Positions 9,215-21,605 of a DNA stretch of 64,000 nucleotides are shown here, piece after piece. Both the position numbers and the translations under genes were made by a program. The notes under the pieces are model-generated. The model was not told the origin of the DNA. It made no database searches and saw only the letters and a program-made list of their open reading frames with translations. The stretch is from Rhina ancylostomus. Taxonomy: Eukaryota. Position 1 is the first letter of the stretch, and each line of letters begins with the position of its first letter. Location: assembly GCA_030265395.1 (NCBI GenBank), contig JARFYF010000063.1:55190882-55254881 (forward strand), in the 5' to 3' direction.

Positions 9215-10639
9215 AATAAATTGATGCACTGAAATTTATTTTTAGTAACTATTTTTTTAAAAACAAATTATACAATTATACAAGGAATATGGAAAATTAT
9301 TTACAAAAGTATACATTCAGGAAGTTACACCAATACCTTAGACAATTTTCTTTTAACATCTGTGCCCAGTGCTGAAAGATATGGCCCAGATTTTGAATCT
9401 TTCCCAAGTAGTTGGTGGTTTGGGCGATTACATCTGATGACCAAATCATCTACCAGATCAACAGGATGAGGAAAGTAAACACGGGCCTACAAATCTAGGA
9501 TTGAGAGCTCCCTAAAACCTCTCGTCACCACAGCTCACAGGCACATGGATACCAAAACTGTGGGAATTGTGCAGAAGATACCAAAATTGTTAAAGTGCGT
9601 TAAGCACTTTTTGTGTCGTCATTTAATTTATACATAGTGCAAAACCAAATACTGTTAAAACATTCTTCACATGTATGCTATTTTGAAGGTTTTACTTTGT
9701 TGGGAAATATCTAAAGAGTGAATGTGCTCTACACCTGAGAAATGATTGCACTGAAGTTAAAAGATCAATGAGCAAGTGTCTGATTAGGTTCTTGACTGTC
9801 AAATCCTGCATAGGGAATTGTTTGCTTTGTTTCAGGTTACAGTAGGCATAGCCCACAAGATAATGGCAGTTTGAGTTGAAAAACAGATAAAATGAAGGAC
9901 AAAAATGGTTATAATATTCATAATCCAGATAATTTGGTCCCCTCTGCATCTGTTAAAGCTCCCCCAGCCCCTCCCAAGACAGCTTACATTTACAAATGTA
10001 CATACAAAATAACAGTTCAGTATAAAGCTGACCAGGATTTCAAGACAAGTGCAACATCATTGGCAACAATACGCCCCTCTTTCATCATTTCTTGCAGTTG
10101 TCCTTCGTTGAAGGCAGGTTTAATTCTGTACATCCAGAAGTGATTAAATCATTAGGCGGGGAGGGGTAAAAGGCAAGAAATATCTGCTGAAGAGTTCAAG
10201 GCCAATCCAAACACTTTCTAAAAGTATTCATCATCTGGCCAGTGACTGGAGAGAGGGTGGTTCACTAGTTCTAATGTGACCTTGCAGGAAACACAGCCAA
10301 CAACCACAATTAGTTAACAGGGTTAGTAAATAAAGATTATTTTCCCCCCCCTCAAATGATTCGCATGATCTTCATTGGGTTTGTGGCTAGCCTGCCAATG
10401 ATCCTCCAGTCTGAATAAAGCTCAGCCTAATCTAAACAAGGCTGATGTGCAAAACATTTCAACAATGGACAAGCATTGTGTTCTCAAAAGTTTTAAGTTT
10501 GGTCAATGCCATCCATGTTCTTGGGTAAATTAAGTAAAATACTGTCTAGGTGATTTTATTCACATACATTCCAGGGCTCTCAATACTGAGTGGTAGGGTC
10601 CATCTCTGGCAGAGATGAATGCACGAAAGTCGGTCTCCC
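9215..10639 (-). other. RGL1: RGL1 3'UTR (inferred)
   Basis: AU-rich stretch with no recognised repeats between the stop codon and an AATAAA with downstream U/GU-rich tract. Confidence 0.65.
9235..9240 (-). promoter_or_regulatory. Polyadenylation signal AATAAA
   Basis: tttatt on + strand; U/GU-rich element TTTATTTGTTTTTATTTTTT follows about 15-35 nt downstream on the - strand. Confidence 0.65.
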
Positions 10640-10824
10640 TCACAATGTAACTTTGCTCAGTCTGTTTGTCATTATTCCCTTTTTGGCAGCTCTGGGTAGC
10701 GTTGAACTGGATCGACTCCGCAACTTAACTTGTCTACTTAGGCTCCGCTTTCTCAGAATAAAGTCAAAATTCACAGATGTGTTCATAGCATAAAACACAT
10801 TGGCATTGTCTGGAATTACCAGCT
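10640..10824 (-). CDS. RGL1: RGL1 last coding exon: [27 protein letters not shown]...NRLSKVTL*
   Basis: Within ORF 10640..10855; acceptor tttttcag; TGA at 10640-10642; matches RGL1 C-terminus. Confidence 0.97.
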
Positions 10825-11859
10825 CTGAAAAAGAAAAACAAGAGGAAATGTACATTTACATGGCTGCCTTGCTATGTAGATAGAAGACTGCATGTACACA
10901 GTTAACTAGATGCAGAATTAGGAGTGGCTCAGAGTAGGACTTGGTTGTTGCAAGGGATGGTATTACAAGCTACGAGAGAAACATCAAGAAAAGGTCTACA
11001 TCACTTTGAATACGATCAACATCAATGCTTTTTTTTAAAAAAGCAATGACTCATTGCTTGAATACATATTGCCAGCAAAAGTGGGAACTATTGCTTAACC
11101 ATTGTTCCTCCAGAGATTTGTGGTGGCCACTTTTTTTGGGATAAAATGGACAACATGTTTGGCCACTTCAGGGGCCAGATAAGTGGCAAAGAACTGACGC
11201 AGGACTGAAGTCAAACCAAGGAAAGATTGGGAAAGATCCTCTGGCTTTCGCTCCAAAAAGAACACAAATGAAACCAAATAGGTTTTTAAGACAATCCAAA
11301 CATAACAGGGGCTATTTTACTGACACCAGTAATGAAAACAAAGATGTATTACATCATCACTTTATAAAAAAATCTATTACAATTCATGTAGAAGTCAGAA
11401 ACTGGGTGTCGACAAACACAAGAGAAACACATCAAGATTTCAGCAGCAATACACAAGATAGCTCACCATCAGCATCTTACAAGACAAATGAGTGCAAAGT
11501 AAATGGGGGCTCTGCCATTAATTTTTAGTATTTACTGAAGTAAATGCCACAGACATTTGAACAATTCTGCTGGGTGAAGTTTGGACTCTAAGAGCTGCAT
11601 GAAGGAATCAAAAAGGCATAAAATTTGATGAAGAATTCCAGTTGGTTTACATATTCACTTTTCACCAGAAAAAGGTGATAGCAAAGTGTCTCACTAACTA
11701 GAACAGCAGCTGTAGGAACATATGCAATTTTCTTGCCTTGTACCAGGAGCAGAAAAGATTTTTTGTATTAAAAACCTTTGGCAAAACAGGTACCTTTTAA
11801 AGGAATAAAATTAAAACTAAATATGGTAAATTCTGTATGATCCCAGTCATTTCTCGTGA

Positions 11860-12175
11860 TTACTTGTGACAAAGGAGACTGCCATTCAACCCATTGAGGC
11901 TGGAATCTCATCCACCTCATTTCCCCTACTTATTTCCCTGTAAGCTATTCTCTCATGTGCTGATCAAGTCTGTTAGCTACCCTGCCACCCATCAGAGCAG
12001 GGCCAATTTATAAGCAGCCAAGTGACCTATTGACACATACTTGAATATTGGGAGAAAACAGGAGCAAGCAGAGGAAACTTTCACGATCACAGGCAGAACA
12101 TGCAATCACCACACAGACAGCACCCAAGGTCAGGATCGAACTTGGGTCCTTAAAGCTGTGCACCACGTGCCCATC
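11860..12175 (-). mobile_element. V-SINE (HE1-like) in the last RGL1 intron
   Basis: cacacagacagcacccaaggtcaggatcgaacttgggtc is the reverse complement of the B-box and V-domain start. Confidence 0.8.
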
Positions 12176-12470
12176 ACCCCCACCCCCGCCCCCCCACCCA
12201 AGTATCATGAGATGAGATGCACACAATCTTAGGGGAACTGACAGATAAGTAGTTTAAAAATGGGAGATATTTATAGTTTCAGCAACTTATTTATAGTTTC
12301 AGTTGCTTGCAGAGAAGGATCTTTGAGCCCTGACAGGATCCTGCAAGTACTTCTGGGTAGAAGTGGATTTAGTTCAACAGTAATTGGATTTCCCCCAGTG
12401 TTAAAAGAAAAATCAGTCGGAAAACCATGCCTCTTTTAGCACTGAAGAGCTTTGATTTTCCATTCCTCAC

Positions 12471-12585
12471 CTCTGTCTTCTGAGATGACCTGTACAAGCT
12501 GATATTCCTCAGAATGCTCTCCTTCCAGGTTGTGTTTGGACATGGCTCTCTGGATAACAACAGGCGTCTTGTCTTGGCTGGTCAA
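12471..12585 (-). CDS. RGL1: RGL1 exon, RA domain: LTSQDKTPVVIQRAMSKHNLEGEHSEEYQLVQVISEDR
   Basis: Manual translation; acceptor ctctag, donor gtgagg; 115 nt, phase 0/1. Confidence 0.97.
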
Positions 12586-13809
12586 CTAGAGAGGAAGACA
12601 AAAAACATTACTATGTTAGGAGCTTGTGTTTTGATTTAAGGGGGATAGGGGTGTGCTGCGGGAGCAGGGGGGAGGTGGGAAGAGACTGGGGATTTTCCAA
12701 ATGTGATTAAATGATGGCTGCTTGCACCCAGTGGACAACTCCAATGAGTGAACATTGTACGAGCAGCATTAGAAAACTGGTTTTAATCCCATCACCTCTC
12801 AGACCTGGGTCATTGGAAGCTTTATCCATACACTCTTAGAGCAAGTAAATTGTACAAAGGATTCAACTTCACCAGACTAGGTTTGTTTTTAAATACACTC
12901 TGTTTTTAATATTTATTGGCAAGACAGCAGTAGATTTTAAATACTGTTTTCACAATGTGTCCCAGCAGTGTTTCTTGTTTACATAAATGATAATCCAATG
13001 GAACTGATTAAATAAAAGCTGTTCAAGACTTTTAGCAATTTTCATTTCCTGAGTGCAGTGCAAAATCTTAACATTCACTTCAGTTGCGAAACACTCTGGA
13101 ATTGTGCAAGGTAAACAGGATACTGAAATGATAGAATGTACCAGTTTATTAAAGTTCATTGTACTTTTCAGGTGGTGGTGGGGATAAATCCACAACATGA
13201 TAGCAGGAACACCTCCAGAGTTTAAACAGCTAGTGACTGGCCCCGTGAGGCAAATCTGTTTTGTTTATTGCAACAGAATNNNNNNNNNNNNNNNNNNNNN
13301 NNNNNNNNNNNNNNNNNNNNNNNNNNNNNNNNNNNNNNNNNNNNNNNNNNNNNNNNNNNNNNNNNNNNNNNNNNNNNNNNNNNNNNNNNNNNNNNNNNNN
13401 NNNNNNNNNNNNNNNNNNNNNNNNNNNNNNNNNNNNNNNNNNNNNNNNNTTATTAACTAGTGTATCAGCAATCTTTCACAAAGCCACAAGGCAGAAAAAC
13501 ATAGGAAGTGTTATAACTACTGCAGCAGCTCAAGGCCCCACCAATTTTTAAACACTAACATTTAGCTCACTTTTTCTGATCTTTTTGCACCATTGCAAAG
13601 GATTATATTTTGAAATAAATCAACTCAAATGGACATTACGCTCATTTGCTTTTCCCAATGCAAAATACAGGGAGTTCAAGACAATGAAAAATAACAGTGC
13701 ACTCATTATCATACACCAAAAGTCAGAGGTAGAGCACTTTTCAGAACAGTGTAACACTTGGTGGAGAAAACAGAATCTCCTTGATGTTTGGGTCAGTTAC
13801 AGAGTTCTG

Positions 13810-13890
13810 GTATGGAATCTGGCTCTTGAGTCAACACCAGATATCAAGCAGCCATTACACTAATCCCATTTTATTCTCCCCACCCACACA
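13810..13890 (-). mobile_element. SINE 3' fragment
   Basis: cattacactaatcccattttattctccccac matches 5860-5910. Confidence 0.55.
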
Positions 13891-14166
13891 TCAGCAAGGG
13901 AGCAGATCACAAATTGATACCCATGATGGAGAGAGTCTTACACTACTGTTTCTATACATTTAATGCAGAACAGCAAGAGATTACAGCCCAAAACTCAAAT
14001 ACATGAAGCAGCATTGACAGCAACTACACAGCCCTTTTGAACTTGTCTATATAGCAACAAGTAGTTCTTGAGTCAGTACTTTAAAAAGTCAGGTATTCCT
14101 TTATATCCAGAAAGCTATATCCATTCTCAGCATAAAACTGACCATGGAAAAATTCCATGCACTTAC

Positions 14167-14421
14167 CAAAATGCTTTTATACAGATTTCCATTATCATCC
14201 TCCAGGCTGACCCGGATGATGCAGGTATCTTCGTTCTGCTGGTTGTACACAGGAAGTGATAATGTTGAACTGCAGGAAGTCACCGAGATGGAGCGCTTGT
14301 GGAGTTTAGGATTGTGGGGGAATGAAGGCGATGATGAAACTGTACTGATCAATGACGAGACTCCTGAAGAAGCTGTGTCCACTGAGTGAATGGACGAGCA
14401 TGATGATAAAGATTCAGATGA
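14167..14421 (-). CDS. RGL1: RGL1 exon: SSESLSSCSSIHSVDT...PVYNQQNEDTCIIRVSLEDDNGNLYKSIL (start of RA domain)
   Basis: Overlaps ORF 14101..14382; acceptor ttttcag, donor gtaagt; 255 nt. Confidence 0.97.
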
Positions 14422-15562
14422 CTGAAAACAAAAACAGTAAGAAATCTGTCAACAAGAGTACTTCAGAGAATTCCAACTTTCTGGTTCTATTATCCCATAC
14501 AGTCCCCACCCTCCAAACAATGAATTACAGGTACTGCTAACAATCCTCGATAAACAATACTGTGACACCCGTCTATACTCCTTCCTGCTACCAGCACTGA
14601 TAAATGGCTCCAGCAAAACACCCCACAGGCTGTAAGGCCAATATTGATACTTCATTATATTTGCAAGCTGGATTCTCAACCCGCAGCACAATCAAATACA
14701 GTGCAAACGTCACACTTGAAGATTTGAGCTCATACTTTCAAAGTTGAAATGGTTACATTTCTTGACTACTTCTATACCCATTTGCAAGTGTTTGCCCAGC
14801 TGGTGCACAGAAACCATGAACCATTTGTCTGCCTGTCTAAAGCCATTGCTGGTTGAAGGAACAACAGTGACTGTGCTGTGCCAGGTTACTTCAGAGCGCA
14901 AGCAGAGGGCTAGAAAAATTAACCATTAAATCTCCAGTCACTCGAGAGTAGCTCTTAGCAAGTAACCACCGGCAAGTATTGGTCACTAATTTCAGTAATC
15001 TGGCAGTAATGCCAATGGGAAGTGCAAAGGAGGATCTGGAGAGTCCATTAATAGAAAGGGGACTTTAAAACTGAAGACACATCTTAAGAGATAAACTAAC
15101 GGTTAATGTAACTGTTAAGAAACTGCATTTTCTTAAAAGCAGGTCATATGCCCTTTCTATGAAAGCCAATTTAAGCAGGTCACTGATAACCTCCCATGCA
15201 ACCATGTCCTTCTACAGGGAAGATGCTGAGCAACAAGGTCAATTAGTGAAAAAAAGAGAACCTGGTGACTTTGCAGAGACCAGCTTTGTTACAATTTGCA
15301 GAGATGCAAACCCAAACTGCTGCCTGTGGACCTTGCACCTTTAATCGCCAGCAGCTACAGGTCATGTGCTGATTTTACTGTAACTTGTGCACTACAGAGG
15401 ATTTAAGTAAACAGATTATGATGGTTGGACATTAGTGATAAACTTAATTTGCTTTGTTTAGTTAGGCAAAATGTACAATAGCTTAAAACCCAAGCTTTAT
15501 TAGAATTAGTCTGGCACTCCCAGAACAACATTTTATAAAGCAAATGGCTCTCAGTCAGTCAC

Positions 15563-15755
15563 CTTTTTTTGTGGCCCTTCTGGAGTGTCTGTGGGAGTTG
15601 TGCAGGTCTCTTCGATTTCAGAGTTGTTGGAATCAGATGATGAAACGCTGACAGAGTCCATGCTTTCCCCAGAACTCCCACTCGGGGGGGATTTGGGCTG
15701 CTCACAGTTCTTTGTTGGAGTACTGTTTGTGATGACATCAGACCCTAGAAATAGC
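15563..15755 (-). CDS. RGL1: RGL1 exon, Ser-rich linker: LFLGSDVITNSTPTKNCEQPKSPPSGSSGESMDSVSVSS...PQKK
   Basis: Within ORF 15551..15859; acceptor atgcag, donor gtgact; 193 nt. Confidence 0.96.
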
Positions 15756-16364
15756 CTGCATGTGGGAAAAGGATTCATTAGCAAAAACACCAAAAGGAAA
15801 TTAGAAGTAGCTACATTCTGAAGAACATTTAAACGGAACTTAACATTTGGATACCCCAATAGTTCTAAGCAGGGATTTCAATGACAGATACTTATAGTGC
15901 ATGGTCTTTGCCCCAGAGTTCAGTGTGTGATTTCTGGCCTATATTATTCACTATATTATTAATCAAAAGGCTTATTGTCAAATTATTTTTATGCCTACAA
16001 TCTTTTTGCATGCAGAAATACTTCAGTGGAGCCTCCTTTAAGTCAGTAGCATCCTGTATTCCTGCACTTGACTGAAACTTTTTGCATGGTCTATTTGTAC
16101 CCAAAGTACCTGGTCCACATTGCTCCCTTATTGGCATTTGCACTTTTCAAACTACCAGTTAAAGAAGTGGATTGATGATTTTCCTTATCCCATTGACCCT
16201 GCTCACTTTGGACAACTGCTCAAAAGGAAACCCAGCAGTATATAAATATTTAAATTCAACGGAATGTAAACAGACATTTCTTGGCTCTGCCCAAATTGGG
16301 AACCTGGAAAACAGCATTCCAAGTACAGCATGGAAGTTGATCAATGTTAACAATAAGTATTTAT

Positions 16365-16510
16365 GGATCAGTCGGTAGGTCAAGCAGCATCTGAGGAAAA
16401 ACAGCTTGAAAGGGTCTTCGACATGAAACATTAACATTTTCTCTCCAGATGCTTCCTGACCTGCTGTCTGTCAGCATTTTCAGCTTTGATTTCAGAATTC
16501 CAGCAAATTT
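16365..16510. mobile_element. Palindromic MITE-like element (second Penelope-terminus family)
   Basis: Inverted arms aggtcaagcagcatctgagga / ctccagatgcttcctgacct around aagggtcttcgacatgaaacattaac. Confidence 0.65.
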
Positions 16511-19304
16511 TTTTTATTTTGGATCACTAAAGCTCCTAGTATCTCATCCAACCAGTAATGTTTCAAGTCTCAAGAAATGGATAACTAGATAATCAGATTT
16601 TTCACCAGCCACAACCAACCTTCTCATCAAGAGAGTCAAGGTTACTTTTCTCTCCCCCCCCCCCCCCGCTAACAGCACTTGTGTCAGGGGAAAAGAACAA
16701 CATTAACACATTGCCACAGTATACAGACATATTTATAAATAGCAAACCTGAATTTAGTCTTCAAAATACAGGTACATTTAATGGCTGGATATTGAGCAGA
16801 ACCACTTTTCACTAAGAGTGGTATACAAGTCAGAAATACAAGGAATGGAATCGCTTTAGCAGAGGTTGTGCACTAAACACAACCGAAAGATATTGCAGAG
16901 GTAGAGGGGCAAGAAAATGGAAGGATTCTGTGTGCATGGACTGGGAATTGGTTGAGACTGATGAGGACCTAATAAATAAATCAGAACAGACTGATGAGCG
17001 GAGTTTTAAAATACTGGAGCTCAGGGAGGTGCAAAATATTAGAGGTGGAGAACCTGAAAGTGACAGAAGCACAGGTGGGTTTCTGGGAGATAACGACTTG
17101 TGATGATGGGGAAAGTGAACGTAATAATGGTGAGGTACAAAATATAGAGATTAATGCTCAATATGGTGAAATGACACACTCTGGTTTGCATCCCATTGTT
17201 TAGATTCACAGGAGATTCCGGACAGCAGCAGAGTCATAATTTGGCATGGGAGCCAGCTTTATTGATGACTTCATCCGTGACTTGGAGCAGTGGTGTGTTG
17301 CAGCACACATCTAACCTCCTACTGATTGGAGTCACTGGAAATTACTGACTGGACTAGAATTATCCTTCACCTAACACAATTTACCATCCTGGGATGCTTT
17401 CTTGCCAGGACCATATTGTACTCACTCATGTATTGTAAGAAATGTTTCTGTCAATGTATCCACAGGAAGTTCATACAAAGAAACAGCTTTTTTATTAGTT
17501 ATGAAAGAGGAAACTTCCCAGCTCCTCTTCAAGGTGTGATGTGGAAGCACACATCCTTCCAAGAGGAGACACATTTTACTTTTAATGTTTCACTGAGGAA
17601 TTGGTCCAGATCCGATACTCAGATCATGCTGAGGGAGTGTTACATCTGCTTGCTTAACTTTTGAGCTTTGGTTCAATTAACCATTGTAATAAGTAAATCC
17701 CATTCACCTATGACATACTAAAAAACAATCACATTGTCTCTACAGAATACAATGTCCTATCTATAGTAAGGCAGGAATCTGATGTACAGTGGGAAAAACA
17801 ACCACTGAAGTACTACAGCTTTTCCAATAACAACCAGGCAGTGTTTGTGGCCGTCTTAATATACAAAAATCAAACTGTACAAATCAACTAAGCTCCAATG
17901 TTTAATTGGGTATTTTGAATGTGAAGTGGCAAGGTACAATTAATGCTGCTGCACAAAACCTTTGGCAAGTACAGAGCAGTCATTACTTATGGAGAAGCAC
18001 AGCCAAAAATAGCTCATGCCTTCTAAATAGTCACACAATAAAGTAAAGCATCAATTAATAAATTACTTCAAGGATCTGCAGCATACTGGGAATAATTGAT
18101 TAGCCCACTGGCTGCTTCAGCTTTGCATTATTCCCTGCAGTGTGATGAGCAGAAATAGTAAACCAGTGGTTTCACATAGATGGCTTGATGCAAGCGGAGG
18201 CAATTTACAACTCAAAATCCCTGCTGTCCATATATTGAGCATTAATTAGCACAGATAGGTTTCCAAAATATACCGCTACATCAAATCCATTGGAGGCTAC
18301 TCATCTCAGTCTCAGGAGATCTGCCTGTAACTCTGACATCAAGACACATACACAACAACCAACCTTACAATGTGCAATGGAAGCACCTTTGAATGGGGGC
18401 AACGGCTTCAGACACAAATGACTGTAATAGTAGAAAGTTGGAGGAAATTTTGCAGCTGTGTGCGAGTCCACATGGAAACAATCTTCAAAAAGGTGGAATG
18501 TCAAGCTGGTTTTTATTCAATTATCTAAATCCAGTTCATAACTGTGCACGATACCATCGCACTTAAATTTTTTATTACTATTCACTGTTTCAATCCAAGT
18601 TTGAAAAGTGGAAATGTGACAAAAGTATACTGGGGAGGGGAAAAGTGCAGAAACTACAAATAAAAACAGCTTGCTTCTCTCATTCTGATATCATAATAAT
18701 GGAGTTGGTCACTAACAAGAACCAGTTATAGCTACCAATGACCAGGGGATGTAGATAGAGCTTAATTGGTATGGATTAGGGGCTGCAGAAGTTTCTAAAC
18801 ATCCCACCCACCCCCCATTTAAAGAATAGTTGGGTTGGGGATTGCTCAGGAAATAGTAGGGACAGAAATCCTTGGTACACAAAGCATTCAGGCAAGCCAG
18901 ATGTAACCTGGAGAATGACAACCTAGCATCTTGAAAGCAGGAGTAACCCAAATAGATCCATCTTTGGCTGGCATGCACTGAAAGGGCCTCGTGTTCCCCT
19001 GTCCTGCAATTTTATATGATTCTACAACAAATCTACTAATTACATTTCCAGCAGGCCCAAATACAAGGCAGGGAAAAGTGCAGAGTTCAAAGTTACCTAA
19101 TCCTCACACATATGCTGCACCAACCCACGTCATCTTTCAAATTACTCACTGTAACAAACAAGATTTTAGACTCCAAGAAACCAAGGCCCATGCATCAAAA
19201 AGGCTCTATTTATGACGGTGCGCTTGGACGTATTACAAAAAAAAAATCAAAAAAAAAAGTGCCCTCTGACAAACAGATACAGCACATTATTTTATTATAC
19301 TCAC

Positions 19305-19394
19305 AGACTGAGCCGCTTCACCATGCTCTTCCTGGGCTTTGGAGATGTGGGACTGGTATCGGTGGTTGGCTCGATTTCACAGGACACATTATAG
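19305..19394 (-). CDS. RGL1: RGL1 exon: YNVSCEIEPTTDTSPTSPKPRKSMVKRLSL
   Basis: Manual translation; acceptor ctgcag, donor gtgagt; 90 nt, phase 2/2. Confidence 0.96.
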
Positions 19395-20262
19395 CTGCAG
19401 GATGGCAAAAAACAGGATTTAGACAAGGCTCAAGTGGAGGCTATCATACAGTTATTTTGACAAACTCAGCTTGCGCAAATGATCATTTTGCTGAAGGGCG
19501 TTTCTCTCTCTGACAAGAGAGCATGGCTCATTATTTTAATTAATGGCTGACAGGTGCAGCAACGCAGAGTGGTTGGCACTTCTGGAAGCACAATGCTTCC
19601 CATATGAAAAGCAGAGAGGGAGGAATGTAGCTTATGTGGGGAAAATTCAGGGGAGAGTTATCAAGACCTATCACCGCCTTTTGGCGGGACACCTGTGGCA
19701 GAAGAAAGAACAGTGCTCAAATTGCACTTTCATTGTAGAAAATTCAATAGAGCTGGACTCTTGGCAATAGCAGGCCCTGAAGTTCAACTTCTAGTGCTTA
19801 CTGCAACAAGGCAGCATGCAGATTTGCAACCACTGAGCTCCAGACCTCAGCTGTACTGCTATGAAATCTCACATTGAAGTCCCACATTTTTCAGGCTACC
19901 AGACCCGAGGTGGCTGATATTTCAGTGTCATCTCTAGCCACACCAAAATGGAGCAGCCAATTCTGCTGGCTGGGAATATGGGGTAAAGCAGCCTGTTAAA
20001 ATGGGGTCCCAAAATTGGTCTGTTCTGGTCTTTATTATTCCTTCAATTGCTGATTTTAGTTGCCTTTTATCACGTACTGATAAAACACCACCATCGTTTT
20101 TCTTTGGATGGTGAGTGAGCAACACCTTACTGAAGTCAGATTTCATACTGGTGGTATTTGCAACCAGAGATGGACAGAGTAAATGAACTGGTCAAAGTCC
20201 AACAAGATTACAAACATACTCCTTACTCGACTGAAAAAAAAAATTCCTGCAAAGCTTCTTAC

Positions 20263-20384
20263 CTTTCTTCATCAGTTAAATACTGCTGGCTGTGGAACCA
20301 CTTGAGAAACCTTTGGACAGGACTAATGCAGTAACTGTTACAGGCAGATTGCAACAGCTTAATCTGTGCAATCACTTCAAACTC
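20263..20384 (-). CDS. RGL1: RGL1 exon: EFEVIAQIKLLQSACNSYCISPVQRFLKWFHSQQYLTDEES
   Basis: Manual translation; acceptor tggcag, donor gtaaga; 122 nt. Confidence 0.97.
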
Positions 20385-21572
20385 CTGCCAAAGACAAAGA
20401 AAAATTTAATGTTTTCTTCCCCCTGGAAAAGCAAAATATCCCCACCTCTAGTAATGTCAGTAAAACTTCTAAGAGAAGCCAAAAATTATATTAAAACTTT
20501 CACTTGCTGCTCACTCAAAGTCCCACAGATATGTGCGAGTGCATTGAAGCAGCTGCCTGAAGAATAATTAGTGTAGAAATTTATCCCAAGACTGCTTTAG
20601 ATCTTAATTCCTCTCCAGGCAATTAATCAATCAAACATTAGTCATAAAAACCGAAAAAGGATTTGTGAAGAAGCAGCATTCTTGATGGATGTTGGATTAT
20701 TTCAAAAAAAATTGAGTATAAAAGCAACAACTGATCCCTCATTATTGATGGCAAGATTGGTGGGGGAAATTTGTTTTACAAGGTGGTAGCTGGGAGAAGT
20801 GAAATTCTGGAAAGCTGTGAAATCTGAATACAGCAAATGTTTTCTTTTGATCAATTCTGGGTTTTCTGCTGCATCCCATTTTATTTGTCAAATGGGAAGT
20901 GAAGGACTTTTCCAAATCCAGCTTTTAAAACAGCTTTGCCCAGAACTTGGATTACACACTTACGTACAGTATCCGTCCCCCTCAAAATAAAAATCTGAAT
21001 TGGGAAAATATACCTTTCAAAAATTAAAAGCGGAACTTTTTCACCCCAAGTACCACATTAAAACTCAACCACACTCTTAAAAGAAGCTGCACAAAGATTA
21101 TAGCTGCTGAGTCACTGCTGTCCAGGATGATGGAAGCAGGTCACAACCTTAAGGAAATCTCTCCAGGAGTTGTCATGACCATGTTGAAATGGACAAAAAA
21201 AGTGTTTTTGAATGAGCAATTTCAGTTTATGAAAAAAGTCACACCTTGGGATCATTCAATGACAAATCTCTAAGCTGTATCCCAAACTGATATGGGCAAT
21301 TGTTGACAATGACTAATGAAAATGCAAATGTAATATAATTTATAGGGTTAATACAATTGATCCATGTATTTATGATCTATCCACTTCATCTAACTCTGAT
21401 TGTATTTCTATTCCTTTCACTATTGTTTCCTCTTTAAATCATTATGCAATTCCTCTTAATGCTTCCAGTAGCAAGTTTCTGGATAAAGATGTTTCAGTGG
21501 AATTGTTTATTGGATTTTAGTGACATCTGCATATTTCAGAAAATTGAGAGACATTTAATAATTCATACTAAC

Positions 21573-21605
21573 CCTTCGCCTCTTTTCAAAGTTGATCAAA
21601 CCACC
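21573..21605 (-). CDS. RGL1: RGL1 33-nt micro-exon: GGLINFEKRRR
   Basis: Manual translation; RasGEF LINFEK motif; acceptor ttctag, donor gttagt. Confidence 0.95.
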
